NCBI GenBank assembly: GCA_963761395.1
Contig: CAVXHU010000043.1
Coordinates: 2,132 to 66,131 of the forward strand
Origin: an uncultured Alphaproteobacteria bacterium
GTDB lineage: Bacteria; Pseudomonadota; Alphaproteobacteria; Rhizobiales; Xanthobacteraceae
Reading direction: 5' to 3'
Length of the DNA: 64,000 nucleotides
The notes beneath the pieces are model-generated. The model ran no database searches. It saw nothing but the letters and a program-made list of their open reading frames with translations, and was not told the origin of the DNA. This document shows positions 19,315-31,439 of this stretch, piece by piece. Both the position numbers and the translations under genes were made by a program. How positions within the stretch are numbered: the first letter of the stretch is position 1; the number at the start of each line of letters is the position of its first letter.

Positions 19315-19678
19315 GTCATTGCCGGGCTTGACCCGGCAATCCATCAAACCAAATGACCTATTGGGTATACATCCTCGCCAGTAAAGCCGGTGGAACACTA
19401 TACATCGGCGTGACAAACAATCTTGTGCGGCGTGTTTACGAGCATCGCGAGGGCTTGGTGGAGAGCTTTACGAAGCGATACGGCGTCAAAATGCTAGTCT
19501 ATTTCGAACCGCACGAAACGATAGCCGCAGCGCTCCAGCGCGAGAAAAACATCAAGCATTGGTCGCGCGAGTGGAAAATCGATCTGATTGTTGCGAGCAA
19601 TCCCGATTGGCGCGACTTATACGAAGATATTGTCCGCTAGCGCGGAAGATGGATTGCCGGGTCAAGCCCGGCAATGAC
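19315..19678. mobile_element. Putative GIY-YIG nuclease element with 31-bp perfect inverted, internally palindromic ends
   Basis: 19315-19345 GTCATTGCCGGGCTTGACCCGGCAATCCATC is the exact reverse complement of 19648-19678; the arms enclose only one ORF. Confidence 0.8.
19353..19640 (+). CDS. Stand-alone GIY-YIG nuclease (YhbQ/UPF0213-like)
   Basis: YWVYILAS...TLYIGVTNNLVRRVYEH, FTKRY.V..LVYFE, REKNIKHW.R.WK..LI...NPDW.DL. Confidence 0.93.
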   Translation: MTYWVYILASKAGGTLYIGVTNNLVRRVYEHREGLVESFTKRYGVKMLVYFEPHETIAAALQREKNIKHWSREWKIDLIVASNPDWRDLYEDIVR

Positions 19679-19685
19679 GAATAGT

Positions 19686-20825
19686 ATGACCGCCTCCCGC
19701 ATCCACCGCCTGACCCTCACGCACTTCCGCAACTATCGTGCGGCGAGCGTTACGACGCGCGGTGACGTGATCGTGCTGGTCGGCCCCAACGGGGCCGGAA
19801 AGACCAACGCCATCGAGGCGATCTCGTTTCTGTCGCCGGGACGCGGCTTGCGCCGCGCGACCCTCGACGATGTCGCCGACAATCAGGGCGATGGCTCGTG
19901 GGCGGTATCCGCCGAGGTCGAGGGCGCGCTCGGGCTGGCAACGCTCGGCACCGGGATCGACGCCCCCGGCAGCGAGGCGCCCGCCACAGGCCGGCGCTGC
20001 CGGATCGACCGCGAGCCGGTGACGTCAGCCGCCGCCTTCGGCGATCATTTGCGCATGGTGTGGCTGACGCCTGCGATGGACGGGCTGTTCCTGGGCGCGG
20101 CATCGGAGCGGCGGCGGTTTTTCGACCGGCTGGTGCTGGCGATCGACAGCGAGCATTCGAGCCGCGTGTCGGCGCTCGACCGCTCCTTGCGCTCGCGCAA
20201 CCGGCTATTGGAAGTGCGCAACTACGACGACCATTGGTGCGACGCGATCGAACGCGAAACCGCTGAACTGGCGGTGGCGGTGGCGGCGATGCGCGGCCAG
20301 ACCGTGACAAAACTTGCGGCGATGCTGCGGGCGCGCGGTGCAGCCTCGGCTTTTCCCTCCGCCGATATCATGCTCGACGGCTGGATGGAAAACGCGCTGA
20401 TCACCGAACCCGCTACCTTCGTGGAGGATCGTTACCGGGAGATTTTGCGCGCCGGCCGCGCGCGCGACGCCGCCGCAGGCCGCACGCTCGATGGCCCGCA
20501 TCTCACCGATTTGCAGGTGATCTACGCGCCAAAGAACATACCGGCCCGTGACGCCTCCACCGGCGAGCAAAAGGCGCTTCTGATCGGGCTTGTGCTGGCA
20601 CACGCGAGCCTGGTCGCCGAGATGACCGGCATCACCCCGCTATTGCTGCTCGACGAGGTGGTGGCCCATCTCGATCCCTCCAGGCGCACGGCGTTGTTCG
20701 ATGAACTGGCAAAGCTCGGCGCGCAGGTCTGGATGACCGGCGCCGATCCCCTGGCCTTCACCGACATCGGCACAGCAAGCGAGGTTTTCGACGTCGATTC
20801 CGGCCAGATCTCCCGCCGCCCCTGA
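19686..20825 (+). CDS. recF: DNA replication/repair protein RecF
   Basis: FRNY, GPNGAGKTN, RRRFFDR, GPH..DL, STGEQK, LLLDEV. Confidence 0.98.
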   Translation: MTASRIHRLTLTHFRNYRAASVTTRGDVIVLVGPNGAGKTNAIEAISFLSPGRGLRRATLDDVADNQGDGSWAVSAEVEGALGLATLGTGIDAPGSEAPATGRRCRIDREPVTSAAAFGDHLRMVWLTPAMDGLFLGAASERRRFFDRLVLAIDSEHSSRVSALDRSLRSRNRLLEVRNYDDHWCDAIERETAELAVAVAAMRGQTVTKLAAMLRARGAASAFPSADIMLDGWMENALITEPATFVEDRYREILRAGRARDAAAGRTLDGPHLTDLQVIYAPKNIPARDASTGEQKALLIGLVLAHASLVAEMTGITPLLLLDEVVAHLDPSRRTALFDELAKLGAQVWMTGADPLAFTDIGTASEVFDVDSGQISRRP

Positions 20826-21145
20826 TGGGCGGATGCGCGCGACAATATCGGGTTTGATCTCGCGCGCGCGGGCCAGAATATGCCATGACTTCTCTAGCAG
20901 TTCTTCAGCAGTTCTTCGGCGCACTGCCATTTTCGCCCCGATCCGGCCGCCTCACCCGCGACCGCGGCATGAAAATCCGGACTTTCACGGGCAAAAAATC
21001 GGCCGCCGAATCGCGCTTTTGCAAGGGCTCCAAATCGGCTTTCGGACGCCTTGAAATACACGCAAAAAATCCCATTTATTCAACAACTTGTTGATAGATA
21101 CTTTGCGCTAGGCGCATTGCGCCTTTCATGGCACAAATAGACTGA

Positions 21146-23638
<2,493 letters not shown>

Positions 23639-23783
23639 GTAATCCAGCCGCAGTTCTTCGCAAAATTGGCACGAGCCGACTCTGCGTGTTGGGTTCGCTT
23701 ATGTCACCAACTCTATCTCGCCCTCGCGCCAGGTGCTGGCAACGACGCTTCGCAAACTCTCCAATTCGGTAGGCGGTCAGTGA

Positions 23784-24458
23784 CTATTCAACACCGTGAT
23801 CCGCACGCCAGCCCATTTCCCAGAAGTCGGCTTCGAGCCGGGTGGCCTCCTTGAAGATCACGATCAGCTCTGCCTCGCGGGCCGGCGTGGCGTAGAGATC
23901 GGCGAGACCTTCCAGGTGTGCCCGCGCTTTCGCCGCAACCTCCTGGTATGGTGCACCGGCATACTCGGCGATCCAAACGCGATACGGGTTCGTTGCAGCG
24001 TGCGCATCGGGTCGCGAGGCGAGCCGCGTCGCGATCTCTGCGTAACCGATCACGCAGGGGGCAAGCGCCACCTTGAGCGCCAGCAGATCACCGCGCATGC
24101 CCGCGTCGAGCACGTAGCGTGTATAGGCCAGCGTCTCGACCGCCGGAGGGCTGTGTTCAAGATCGCTGGGCGAAAGGCCCCAGCCGGCGCAGAGCTTCAC
24201 ATGCAGGTTCATCTCGATGTCGAGAATGGCCGAGAGGCCGGCCGCCGCTTCGCGCATGTCGGCGAGCCTGGGCGACTTATAGACGGACAGCGCATAGGCG
24301 CGAGCAAACTCGATAAGGAACAGGTAGTCCTGAACGAGGTAGTGACGAAACGCCGCTTCGGCGAGCGAACCGTCCGCCAACCCGTTCGTGAAGGGGTGCT
24401 CGGTGTAGGCCCGCCACTCGGCGGATGCTGCTGTCTTTAGTCGCTCGAAGAAACTCAT
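23784..24458 (-). CDS. tenA: TenA/thiaminase II family protein
   Basis: HPF...L.DGSL...FRHYLVQDYLFL, PC.IGY, Y..WI..Y, LEADFW. Confidence 0.88.
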   Translation of the reverse strand: MSFFERLKTAASAEWRAYTEHPFTNGLADGSLAEAAFRHYLVQDYLFLIEFARAYALSVYKSPRLADMREAAAGLSAILDIEMNLHVKLCAGWGLSPSDLEHSPPAVETLAYTRYVLDAGMRGDLLALKVALAPCVIGYAEIATRLASRPDAHAATNPYRVWIAEYAGAPYQEVAAKARAHLEGLADLYATPAREAELIVIFKEATRLEADFWEMGWRADHGVE

Positions 24459-24495
24459 GATCTTTCGCAGGATTTGCTTCTCAATGAGTGTCTTT

Positions 24496-24612
24496 GGCTC
24501 GCTACCGGGTCACAAGCAGACCTCTCAGGCCAAGAACAATATCCGCTCTTCCCTCAAGAGCGGACCTTCGTCAAGACAGCGGTGACGTCAGCTTTGTGCC
24601 AGGAGCGGACGC
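24496..24612 (+). repeat. Three-hairpin spacer unit A
   Basis: GGGTCA (24507), TCCGCTCTT-CCCTC-AAGAGCGGA (24542), GTGCCA (24596). Confidence 0.7.
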
Positions 24613-24724
24613 CAACTTAGCGGATATGCTAGGCCGCCCTCGAGATTGAGGCCAGCCGCCGACGCACCGGGTTACAACAGGACTTTCTCCGCCGTGATTA
24701 TTGGCGCATCGGCACGAGGCGCCC

Positions 24725-25008
24725 ATGAGTTCCGCGAAGGGCCTGCGTCAGGTCGGATATTTTGATTGCCCGGGCGGCGGCCAGATCGTCGTTGCGGGCA
24801 CGACCGCATTCATCGGCGACATGCGTGCACCTGCCGGCACCTCGATCGTCAATATCGCCGACCCCGCGCATCCGCGGCTGCTTGCGCGGCTCGAGATGCC
24901 GCCCGGCACCCGCAGCGCGTCCAGAGCAACGACGTCACCACCGACGACCGCGGTCTCTTTTATCTGCTCGACCGGCTGCGCGGGTTGACCATTCTCGAGC
25001 GCTGCTAG
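24725..25008 (+). pseudogene. Internally deleted LVIVD-repeat-like protein
   Basis: N-terminus (VGYFDCPGGGQIVV...GTSIVNIADP.HP) joined out of frame near 24910 to a C-terminus (VQSNDVTTDDRGLFYLLDR.RGL.ILER*). Confidence 0.7.
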
Positions 25009-25070
25009 AGCATGATCCGGAAAAGTGGGAACCGGTTTTCCGAAGAGATCATGCTCAAACAAAGAGATAA
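25005..25070 (+). repeat. Palindromic element, AAGTGG-ACCGGTT family
   Basis: CTAGAGCATGATCCGGAAAAGTGGGAACCGGTTTTCCGAAGAGATCATGCTC; relatives at 48396 and 49061. Confidence 0.85.
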
Positions 25071-25197
25071 GAACGCGTTCCGCTGTATTGAACCAGCTCT
25101 CGTATTGACCGCCCCGGCAACGACTTGACTCCGCCGACGAGACGGTTGACAGCGCCCGCGCGGTCGGTCGCAATGGCCTGCCAACTTGAGGTGGCGC

Positions 25198-26364
25198 ATG
25201 GACATCCAGAGCCGTCCAGACCCGGTCGCCCGCGCCCGCGAGCTCGGGGCAGAGATCGCCGCCGCGGCCGACGAGATCGAGCGCACGCGGCGCATCCCCG
25301 AGGCGTTGCTGGGGCGGCTCCATGACTCGCGGCTGTTCCGCATGCTGCTGCCGCGCTCGGCGGGCGGCGACGAGACGGAGCCTGCGGTCTACGTGGCGGC
25401 GATCGAAGAGCTCGCCCAGCGCGACGCCTCGATCGCGTGGAACGTATTCGTCGCCAACAGTTCCGCCCTGATCGCCGCCTATCTGGAGCCTGCGGTCAAT
25501 CACGCCGTCTTCGCTGATCCGCGCAGCATCGTGGCCTGGGGACCTCCAAACGCTTCGCGCGCGCGAGCGGTTGACGCAGGCTATCGCCTGACCGGCAAGT
25601 GGGATTTCGCCAGCGGCTGCCGGCAGGCCCGTTGGATGGGCGCGCACTGCCATGTGCTCGAAGCGGACGGCGCGCTGCGGCTCAACCGCTTCGGCCGGCC
25701 CACGGTCCGCACACTGCTGTTTCCGGCGAGCGAGGCGACCCTGCTCGACACCTGGCGGACGATCGGGCTGTGCGGCACGGCGTCGGACTCCTATTGCGTC
25801 AACGACGTGTTCGTGTCCGAGGCGTTCAGCACCACACGCGAGGACCCGACGCTGCGCCACGAGCGCGGTCCGCTCTATGCCTTTACCATGCAGTGCCTCT
25901 ACGCGACCGGGGTCGCCGCTGTCGGGTTTGGCATCGCGCGCGCGATGCTGTCCGAGTTCATCACGCTGGCGTCCCGCAAGGCGCCGCGCGGCCTGGCCCG
26001 GCTCGCCGACAACGCGGTCGTGCAGGCCGACGTGGCGCGCGCGGAGGCGCGGCTCGGCTCGGCACGCGCCTACCTGATCGAGACGCTCACTACGATCTAC
26101 GCGCATGCCGACGACGTGGCGCCGATCGAGGTGGCCGATCGGGCCCGCGTGCGGCTCGCCTGCACCAACGCGATCCAGGGCGCGGCCGAGGTGGCAGACT
26201 TCGCCTACAAGGGAGCGGGCGTCGACGCGATCTTCCCGGGCAGCCCGTTCGAGCGCCGCTTCCGCGACATGCACACGCTCTCTCAGCAGATCCAGGCACG
26301 CGGCGCCCATTTCGAGTCGGTCGGGCAGATCCTGCTCGGCGTGCCGCCCGAGGTGTTTCTTTAA
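25198..26364 (+). CDS. Acyl-CoA dehydrogenase-fold flavin-dependent monooxygenase (HsaA/NcnH-like)
   Basis: LFRMLLPR..GG, G.W.FASGC, W..IGL.GTAS, FERRFRD.H; GAGGTG RBS. Confidence 0.88.
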   Translation: MDIQSRPDPVARARELGAEIAAAADEIERTRRIPEALLGRLHDSRLFRMLLPRSAGGDETEPAVYVAAIEELAQRDASIAWNVFVANSSALIAAYLEPAVNHAVFADPRSIVAWGPPNASRARAVDAGYRLTGKWDFASGCRQARWMGAHCHVLEADGALRLNRFGRPTVRTLLFPASEATLLDTWRTIGLCGTASDSYCVNDVFVSEAFSTTREDPTLRHERGPLYAFTMQCLYATGVAAVGFGIARAMLSEFITLASRKAPRGLARLADNAVVQADVARAEARLGSARAYLIETLTTIYAHADDVAPIEVADRARVRLACTNAIQGAAEVADFAYKGAGVDAIFPGSPFERRFRDMHTLSQQIQARGAHFESVGQILLGVPPEVFL

Positions 26365-26498
26365 AGTGGCGAAGGTTCGCCAGACCAGGCGCCGATTTGC
26401 ACCTCGCGCCAGGTTTTGAACGCGCATCTTACCGGTTTAAGCCACCGTTCAGGAAGGGCGGGATTTGCCTGGGCCGCAGGTCCGCTGACTAGCTGGCC

Positions 26499-26616
26499 GA
26501 TGTCCGCTTGGGTCAATAGCGTCATTTGACCGCCGTCCGGCCACTTCCGGTCTACCGCCAACTCCGGACATGCCGCTACATCGCACCAAGTGACGCGATG
26601 TGCTATCTGCGGAAAT
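26499..26616 (+). repeat. Three-hairpin spacer unit B
   Basis: ATGTCCGCTT-GGGTCA (26510), TCCGGTCTACCGCCAACTCCGGA (26546), GTGCTA (26600). Confidence 0.7.
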
Positions 26617-26648
26617 CACGGCTCTCTTTGATGCGATAGTATGGCAGC

Positions 26649-27095
26649 TCATACCCATCGCCGCACCCGCCCAACGTAACCATCATACGTCGCTCCGAAT
26701 TGGCGGCGCATCTTAGCCTCTTCATACGGGATGTGGACCCAGTTTGCGGTGACGAAGATGGCGATGGGCGCGAGGAACATTGGCCAGGCGCCGACCCATA
26801 CGGCGATGCCGAGGGTGACTATAACCAGTCCGAGGTACATAGGATTGCGCGTAAAGCGGTATGGACCGATGGTGATAAGCTTGCGATTGGTGGGTGAGGT
26901 TGGGTTGATTTCAGTGTCCGCACGGCGGAACATGATGATAGCCCAGACAGGCAGAATCCAGGGAACGGTTACCAGGGCAATGCCGAGCGGCGGAAGCGGG
27001 AAGCCGGGCATTTTGGGCCAGTCAAGCCCCCAGCTAATCGCTACGGCGAAAAGAACATAGACTAGAGCCCAAACGGGCGGCGGGAGCTTGAGCAT
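26649..27095 (-). CDS. Isoprenylcysteine carboxyl methyltransferase (PEMT/ICMT) family membrane protein
   Basis: L.T.GPYRFTRNPMYLG, EE..MR..FG..Y..Y...VRRW; GGAGG RBS; lower GC than flanks. Confidence 0.9.
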   Translation of the reverse strand: MLKLPPPVWALVYVLFAVAISWGLDWPKMPGFPLPPLGIALVTVPWILPVWAIIMFRRADTEINPTSPTNRKLITIGPYRFTRNPMYLGLVIVTLGIAVWVGAWPMFLAPIAIFVTANWVHIPYEEAKMRRQFGATYDGYVGRVRRWV

Positions 27096-27202
27096 AGGCG
27101 ACGCCTCCGTAGTTCAGCTTGTGCAGTTTCCCGCCCCTGTCAGACAAAATACCTCAGACTCAAATACCGCCATTACGCAGCCAACCACAACGGGCCAGGG
27201 CG

Positions 27203-27364
27203 AATGTCCGCTCCCTCATTTGAACGACATAAGGACCCACTAACTCCATGTCCCGTCCGGGCCAAACTCGGACTTAGAGGCCCGCATGAGTTAGGTCCGT
27301 TCATCCCTAACCGCGGACATTGCGACGCTGCTTCGGCATGTCCGTTTGGTGCCATAAGCGGAGC
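27203..27364 (+). repeat. Three-hairpin spacer unit C, with an extra ATGTCCGCT unit in front
   Basis: GGGCCA (27259), TCCGTTCATCCCTAACCGCGGA (27296), ATGTCCGTTTG-GTGCCA (27349)-TAAGCGGA. Confidence 0.7.
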
Positions 27365-27653
27365 CCGACGGCCTGCGCGGCCTTGGCATTCGCGATGAGT
27401 TGAAACCTGGTCTGTTGAAGCATCACCCATGCGGAGGATATCTTCCGAGTGCACGATGCGGACCGATCAACCGCTCTTAACGGGCAGCGTATTCCGTCGA
27501 ACGGGTTGCGCGCGCCTGCCCGATGTCACTAGCGCCAGCCGTTTCCAAGGCTCAACAGACCGCCAAGCAAAAAGCTTGATGGTCGGGACAGCATCGGCAA
27601 TTGAGGACACTGGCAAACAGAGCTATCTTGCCAAGGGTCAGCCGGAGATGAAA

Positions 27654-28145
27654 ATGAAGAGAAGGATGTGGCTGGGACTGCTGGGGACATTCGGCCTGCT
27701 ATTCGTCAGTGCAGCACAGGCTGCGACAGTAGTTGCACTCGGGGCGAGCAACACTTTCGGCAAGGGCGTCTCCCGCAGTCAGGCGTATCCAGCCCAGCTT
27801 GAAGCACTTCTGCGCACCAAGGGCTTAAATGCTCGCGTCATCAATGCCGGTATCAACGGCGACACGACTGGCGGAATGTTGGCCCGATTGGATCAGGTAG
27901 TGCCAAAAGGAACGAGTGTTGTCATCCTGCAGCCCGGTGGCAACGACAGACGCAAGTTAGCGCCCGACAGAACTTCCGAGATTCAGGCCCGCTTGGCTGC
28001 AATGGGAATCAAGGTTGTTCTGCTGCCGAACGGCATGCTCCACGGACTGCCGCATCAACCAGACGGGCAACACCTAACCCCGGAAGGCTATCATATGTTG
28101 GCCGAAGAACTTGTGGGTCAGGTGGCCGGTGCGCTGAGGCGCTGA
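27654..28145 (+). CDS. Exported SGNH/GDSL esterase (TesA-like)
   Basis: VALGASNT, NAGINGDTT, GGND, DGQH; signal peptide; GGAG RBS. Confidence 0.88.
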   Translation: MKRRMWLGLLGTFGLLFVSAAQAATVVALGASNTFGKGVSRSQAYPAQLEALLRTKGLNARVINAGINGDTTGGMLARLDQVVPKGTSVVILQPGGNDRRKLAPDRTSEIQARLAAMGIKVVLLPNGMLHGLPHQPDGQHLTPEGYHMLAEELVGQVAGALRR

Positions 28146-28266
28146 CCGTCCTGCCCGCGCGTCCCCCTTTCCGGGTATGCGCCAACGGCGGGCACGCGGA
28201 GTTTATCATCGGGCGCGCATTCGCGCGACCCGGTACTTTGCCCATCCTACGGTCTAGTGTCGCTCC

Positions 28267-29691
28267 ATGACATTCCCTGGCAGAATAGAGCGCAGACCGA
28301 TCGCAACGGCAATTTCGAACCATCACCTCGCCGTCGAGCTGACCGAAACGCTCAAGCTGGCGGCGCCGATCGCCCTGACGCAGCTCGGGCAGATCGCGAT
28401 GATGACGACCGACCTTGCGCTGATCGGACGCCTCGGGGACGAGGCCGTCGCCGCGGCGGCGCTGGCGCATACCGTCTTCTTCATCACTTTCACCTTCGGA
28501 ATGGGGCTGGTATCGGCGGTGGCGCCGCTTGCCGCGCAGGCGTTCGGCGCCCGCAACCCGCGCCTGGTGCGGCGCGCGCTTCGCGTCGGGCTGTGGGCCG
28601 GGCTGGTGATTTCGCTGCCGATGCTGACGCTTCGGCTCTACGGCGAACCAGTCCTGCTGATGCTCGGTCAGGCGCCTGCGACCGCGCACCTGGCGCAACA
28701 ATATATAGAGGGGCTGGCGTGGGGAATAACGCCGGCGCTGTGGTTTTTGGCGATCCGCGGCTTCATGGGCGCGGTCAACCGGCCGGAGCCGGGACTGTGG
28801 ATCACGCTGGCCGCGATCCCGGCCAATGCCGTGCTGGTCTATCTCTTGATCCATGGCGCATTGGGATTGCCGCGGCTGGAGCTGTTCGGCGCCGGCCTCG
28901 CCACCACCATCATCAATTTCGGCATGTTCCTGGCGGGCCTCTGGTTTGCCCATCGCCGCCGGCCGTTCAGGAAATATCAGGTCCTCGGAAACATCTGGCG
29001 CATCGACTGGCTGCTGATGCGCCAACTGATCGTTATCGGCGCGCCGATCTCCGTCGCCTTCCTGCTGGAGTATGGTCTGTTCGCCGCGGCAGCGCTTCTG
29101 ATGGGCCTGATCAGCACCACAGCGCTCGCGGCCCATCAGATCGCTTTGCAGGTAACCGCCATCCTGTTCATGGTGCCGTTCGGCATCGGGATGGCAGCCA
29201 CCGTGCGGGTCGGGCATGCCGTCGGCCGCAACGACGCCGCCGCGGTCAAGCGTGCGGGCTTGGTCGCAACGCTGCTCGGGATTGTCCTCGTATCCGCCTT
29301 GACCCTGGCCGTGATTCTCGGGCGATTTGCGATCGCGCGACTCTTCTTCGGGGAGGCTGTAGAAAGCGGCGGCGTCGTGATCGAACTCACCGCGACCCTT
29401 TTGATGGTCGGCGCGACCTTCTTTGTCGCCGACGGCATCCAGACGGTCGCGGCCGGCGCGCTTCGCGGCATGAATGACACGCGGGTACCGCTATTGTTTG
29501 CCGCGATCAGTTACTGGCTGATCGGCTTCCCTGCCGCCTACGGCCTCGCCTTCTGGACCAGGTTCGGCGCCGTCGGCGTCTGGATCGGGCTGTCCTGCGG
29601 GACCGCGGTTTACGCCATTCTCCTGATCTTGCGTTTCCGGCGGCTTGCCACGCATCTGGAATTCGCCACATCCGCCAAAGGCCGGCGATGA
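28267..29691 (+). CDS. MATE family efflux transporter (NorM-like)
   Basis: LKLAAPIALTQLGQ, AAHQIALQ, RVG...G, ALRG.NDT; multiple TM segments. Confidence 0.95.
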   Translation: MTFPGRIERRPIATAISNHHLAVELTETLKLAAPIALTQLGQIAMMTTDLALIGRLGDEAVAAAALAHTVFFITFTFGMGLVSAVAPLAAQAFGARNPRLVRRALRVGLWAGLVISLPMLTLRLYGEPVLLMLGQAPATAHLAQQYIEGLAWGITPALWFLAIRGFMGAVNRPEPGLWITLAAIPANAVLVYLLIHGALGLPRLELFGAGLATTIINFGMFLAGLWFAHRRRPFRKYQVLGNIWRIDWLLMRQLIVIGAPISVAFLLEYGLFAAAALLMGLISTTALAAHQIALQVTAILFMVPFGIGMAATVRVGHAVGRNDAAAVKRAGLVATLLGIVLVSALTLAVILGRFAIARLFFGEAVESGGVVIELTATLLMVGATFFVADGIQTVAAGALRGMNDTRVPLLFAAISYWLIGFPAAYGLAFWTRFGAVGVWIGLSCGTAVYAILLILRFRRLATHLEFATSAKGRR

Positions 29692-30161
29692 AAGCCCACG
29701 AAGTGGATCCGAACGTTGACAGCAGCGCGCTGCTGGCCGGCGCGCAGTTTATCGATGCCTACAGCATCGTGATCGACGATGCCGCGCTCGATGCGCGGCG
29801 TGCGGCCGAGAAAATGCTGGCGCGCGCGCCGCGATGGATCGAGGCGCTGCTGGCCTTGCGCAATTATCTGGTGACGCCCTTCGGTCTGAAAACGTCCACA
29901 TCTAACGAGGCCAGCGCCTCCGAAATCATCGGAATATTTCCGATCGTCAGCCAATCGCCGGACCGGCTTGTCGCAGGCTTTGACGATCATCATCTGGATT
30001 TTCGCGTCGTGGTGGACGTCGCGGCTTGCGGCCATGGCCAGCGCGTCACCGCGACCACGCTGGTGCGCACGCATAACCTGCTTGGCCGAGCCTATTTGGC
30101 GATCATCCTGCCGTTTCACCGGCTCGTGGTCCGCGCCATGCTGCGGCAAGTCGCGGAGTGA
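29688..30161 (+). CDS. DUF2867 family protein
   Basis: F.DAY, LRN..V.PFGLK, G.FP, DHHLDFR, I.PFHRLVV. Confidence 0.88.
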   Translation: MKAHEVDPNVDSSALLAGAQFIDAYSIVIDDAALDARRAAEKMLARAPRWIEALLALRNYLVTPFGLKTSTSNEASASEIIGIFPIVSQSPDRLVAGFDDHHLDFRVVVDVAACGHGQRVTATTLVRTHNLLGRAYLAIILPFHRLVVRAMLRQVAE

Positions 30162-30185
30162 AGGCACAAGCCCCGCGACAGCGCC

Positions 30186-31314
30186 CTAATCCTCCGCCCC
30201 GGATGTCGCCGCCGGTGGCGTCTCCGACCACTCCGCGACGCAGCGCTCCAGGTCCTTCAGATCCTGGCGCATTTGCTCCAGCGCAAATCCCAGCGCGAAA
30301 AACCGCTCCGCCACATCGCCGGGCAGGCCGCGCGTCAGACCCTCGCGGCGTAGCGCTGCGACTTCCGCGGCATAGGCCTGCAGCGCCACATCGATCGGCG
30401 AGGCCGCTGCAGAACCGGCACCGGTCCGCAATACCGTGGCAACGGAACGCAGATAGCTGACGATCGCATCGCTGATTTTGGCCAATGGCGCCACAAGCCG
30501 CGCCTGCGGATCGGACGGCAACGGCGCAACGCTTGCCCGGCCGATCATCACGAGGTCGTGGCGCAACCGCAGGATGGTGCGCAGCAGCGGACCGGTGTCG
30601 GGACCCGTAGACAGACGCGCCGCGCGCTCGCGCTCGGCTTCGGCGCCGGTCGCATTCAACTCGACCAGCGCCGTGCCGATGCCATCCTGAATCCGATGCA
30701 GGGCGTCGTTATCGAGCCCGCGGGTCAGGCCCGCCAGCAATTCGGAGAGCGCGGCCGCGATCAATTCGAGCGTCCGCGCCGCGCTGACGCGAAGCTGACC
30801 GTGCGCGCGCGACGGCAGCACGAAGAAAGACACCAGCAGCCCGGTGCCCGCGCCGACCATGACCTCGAGAACGCGATCGATCGCGGAAGCGAGGGGATTG
30901 GCATGGTTCAACGTCGGGACCAGCAGCACGATGACGGCGGTAACCGGGGCTGCATTGAGGCTGGGATTGATGGCTGCAATGAAAGCCAGCGGCGCGACCG
31001 CCAGCATCAGCAGCACCAGCAGGGCGCCCTCCCCGGAATGCGGAATCAGCACCGCGACGGCGCCGCCATAGATCGCACCACCCACCGTCCCGAACATATA
31101 GTCGCGGGTCGCCTTGAGCGACCGGCCGACGCTCATCTGGGTGACAATGAGCGCTGTCAGCACCGCCCATAGCGGCAACATCAGATGTAACGCCATGCGC
31201 GATCGCCAGCGCGCCGAAGGCCGCTACGGTGACCCTGACTGCCAGGGCCAGTTGCGCCTTCCGGGACCGCATCAGGGCGGACAGGCGTTTCAGCAAAGCA
31301 ATCATGCGCGCCAT
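30186..31314 (-). CDS. FUSC-family membrane protein (apparent +1 frameshift near 31197)
   Basis: N-term RKAQLALAVRVTVAA..ALAIA in one frame continues as ALHLMLPLWAVLTALIVTQMSVGRSLKA in the next. Confidence 0.8.
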
Positions 31315-31439
31315 TCCGGAACATGACCGACGAAGCCGATTATAAACGACATTGGGCATGGCTGCTGCCCGCCGCCCACAGGCGGCTTGAAACCCGGAAT
31401 CAGCCCGCCTACGCTGTGCGGTAACAGCGAGGAAACACG

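Noticed and set aside
19306-19685. IS or MITE with a target-site duplication
   Set aside because: No DDE or HUH transposase, and the flanks (TCTCTT / GAATAG) show no direct duplication.
24459-24620. TPP riboswitch upstream of tenA (CTGAGA on the minus strand near 24523)
   Set aside because: The ACCTGA and TAATGCC...GGGA elements are missing; the region is explained by hairpin unit A.
23660-27364. CRISPR array or classical integron
   Set aside because: Units are not identical direct repeats with 30-40 nt spacers; no cas or intI gene and no clear RYYYAAC...GTTRRRY attC ends.
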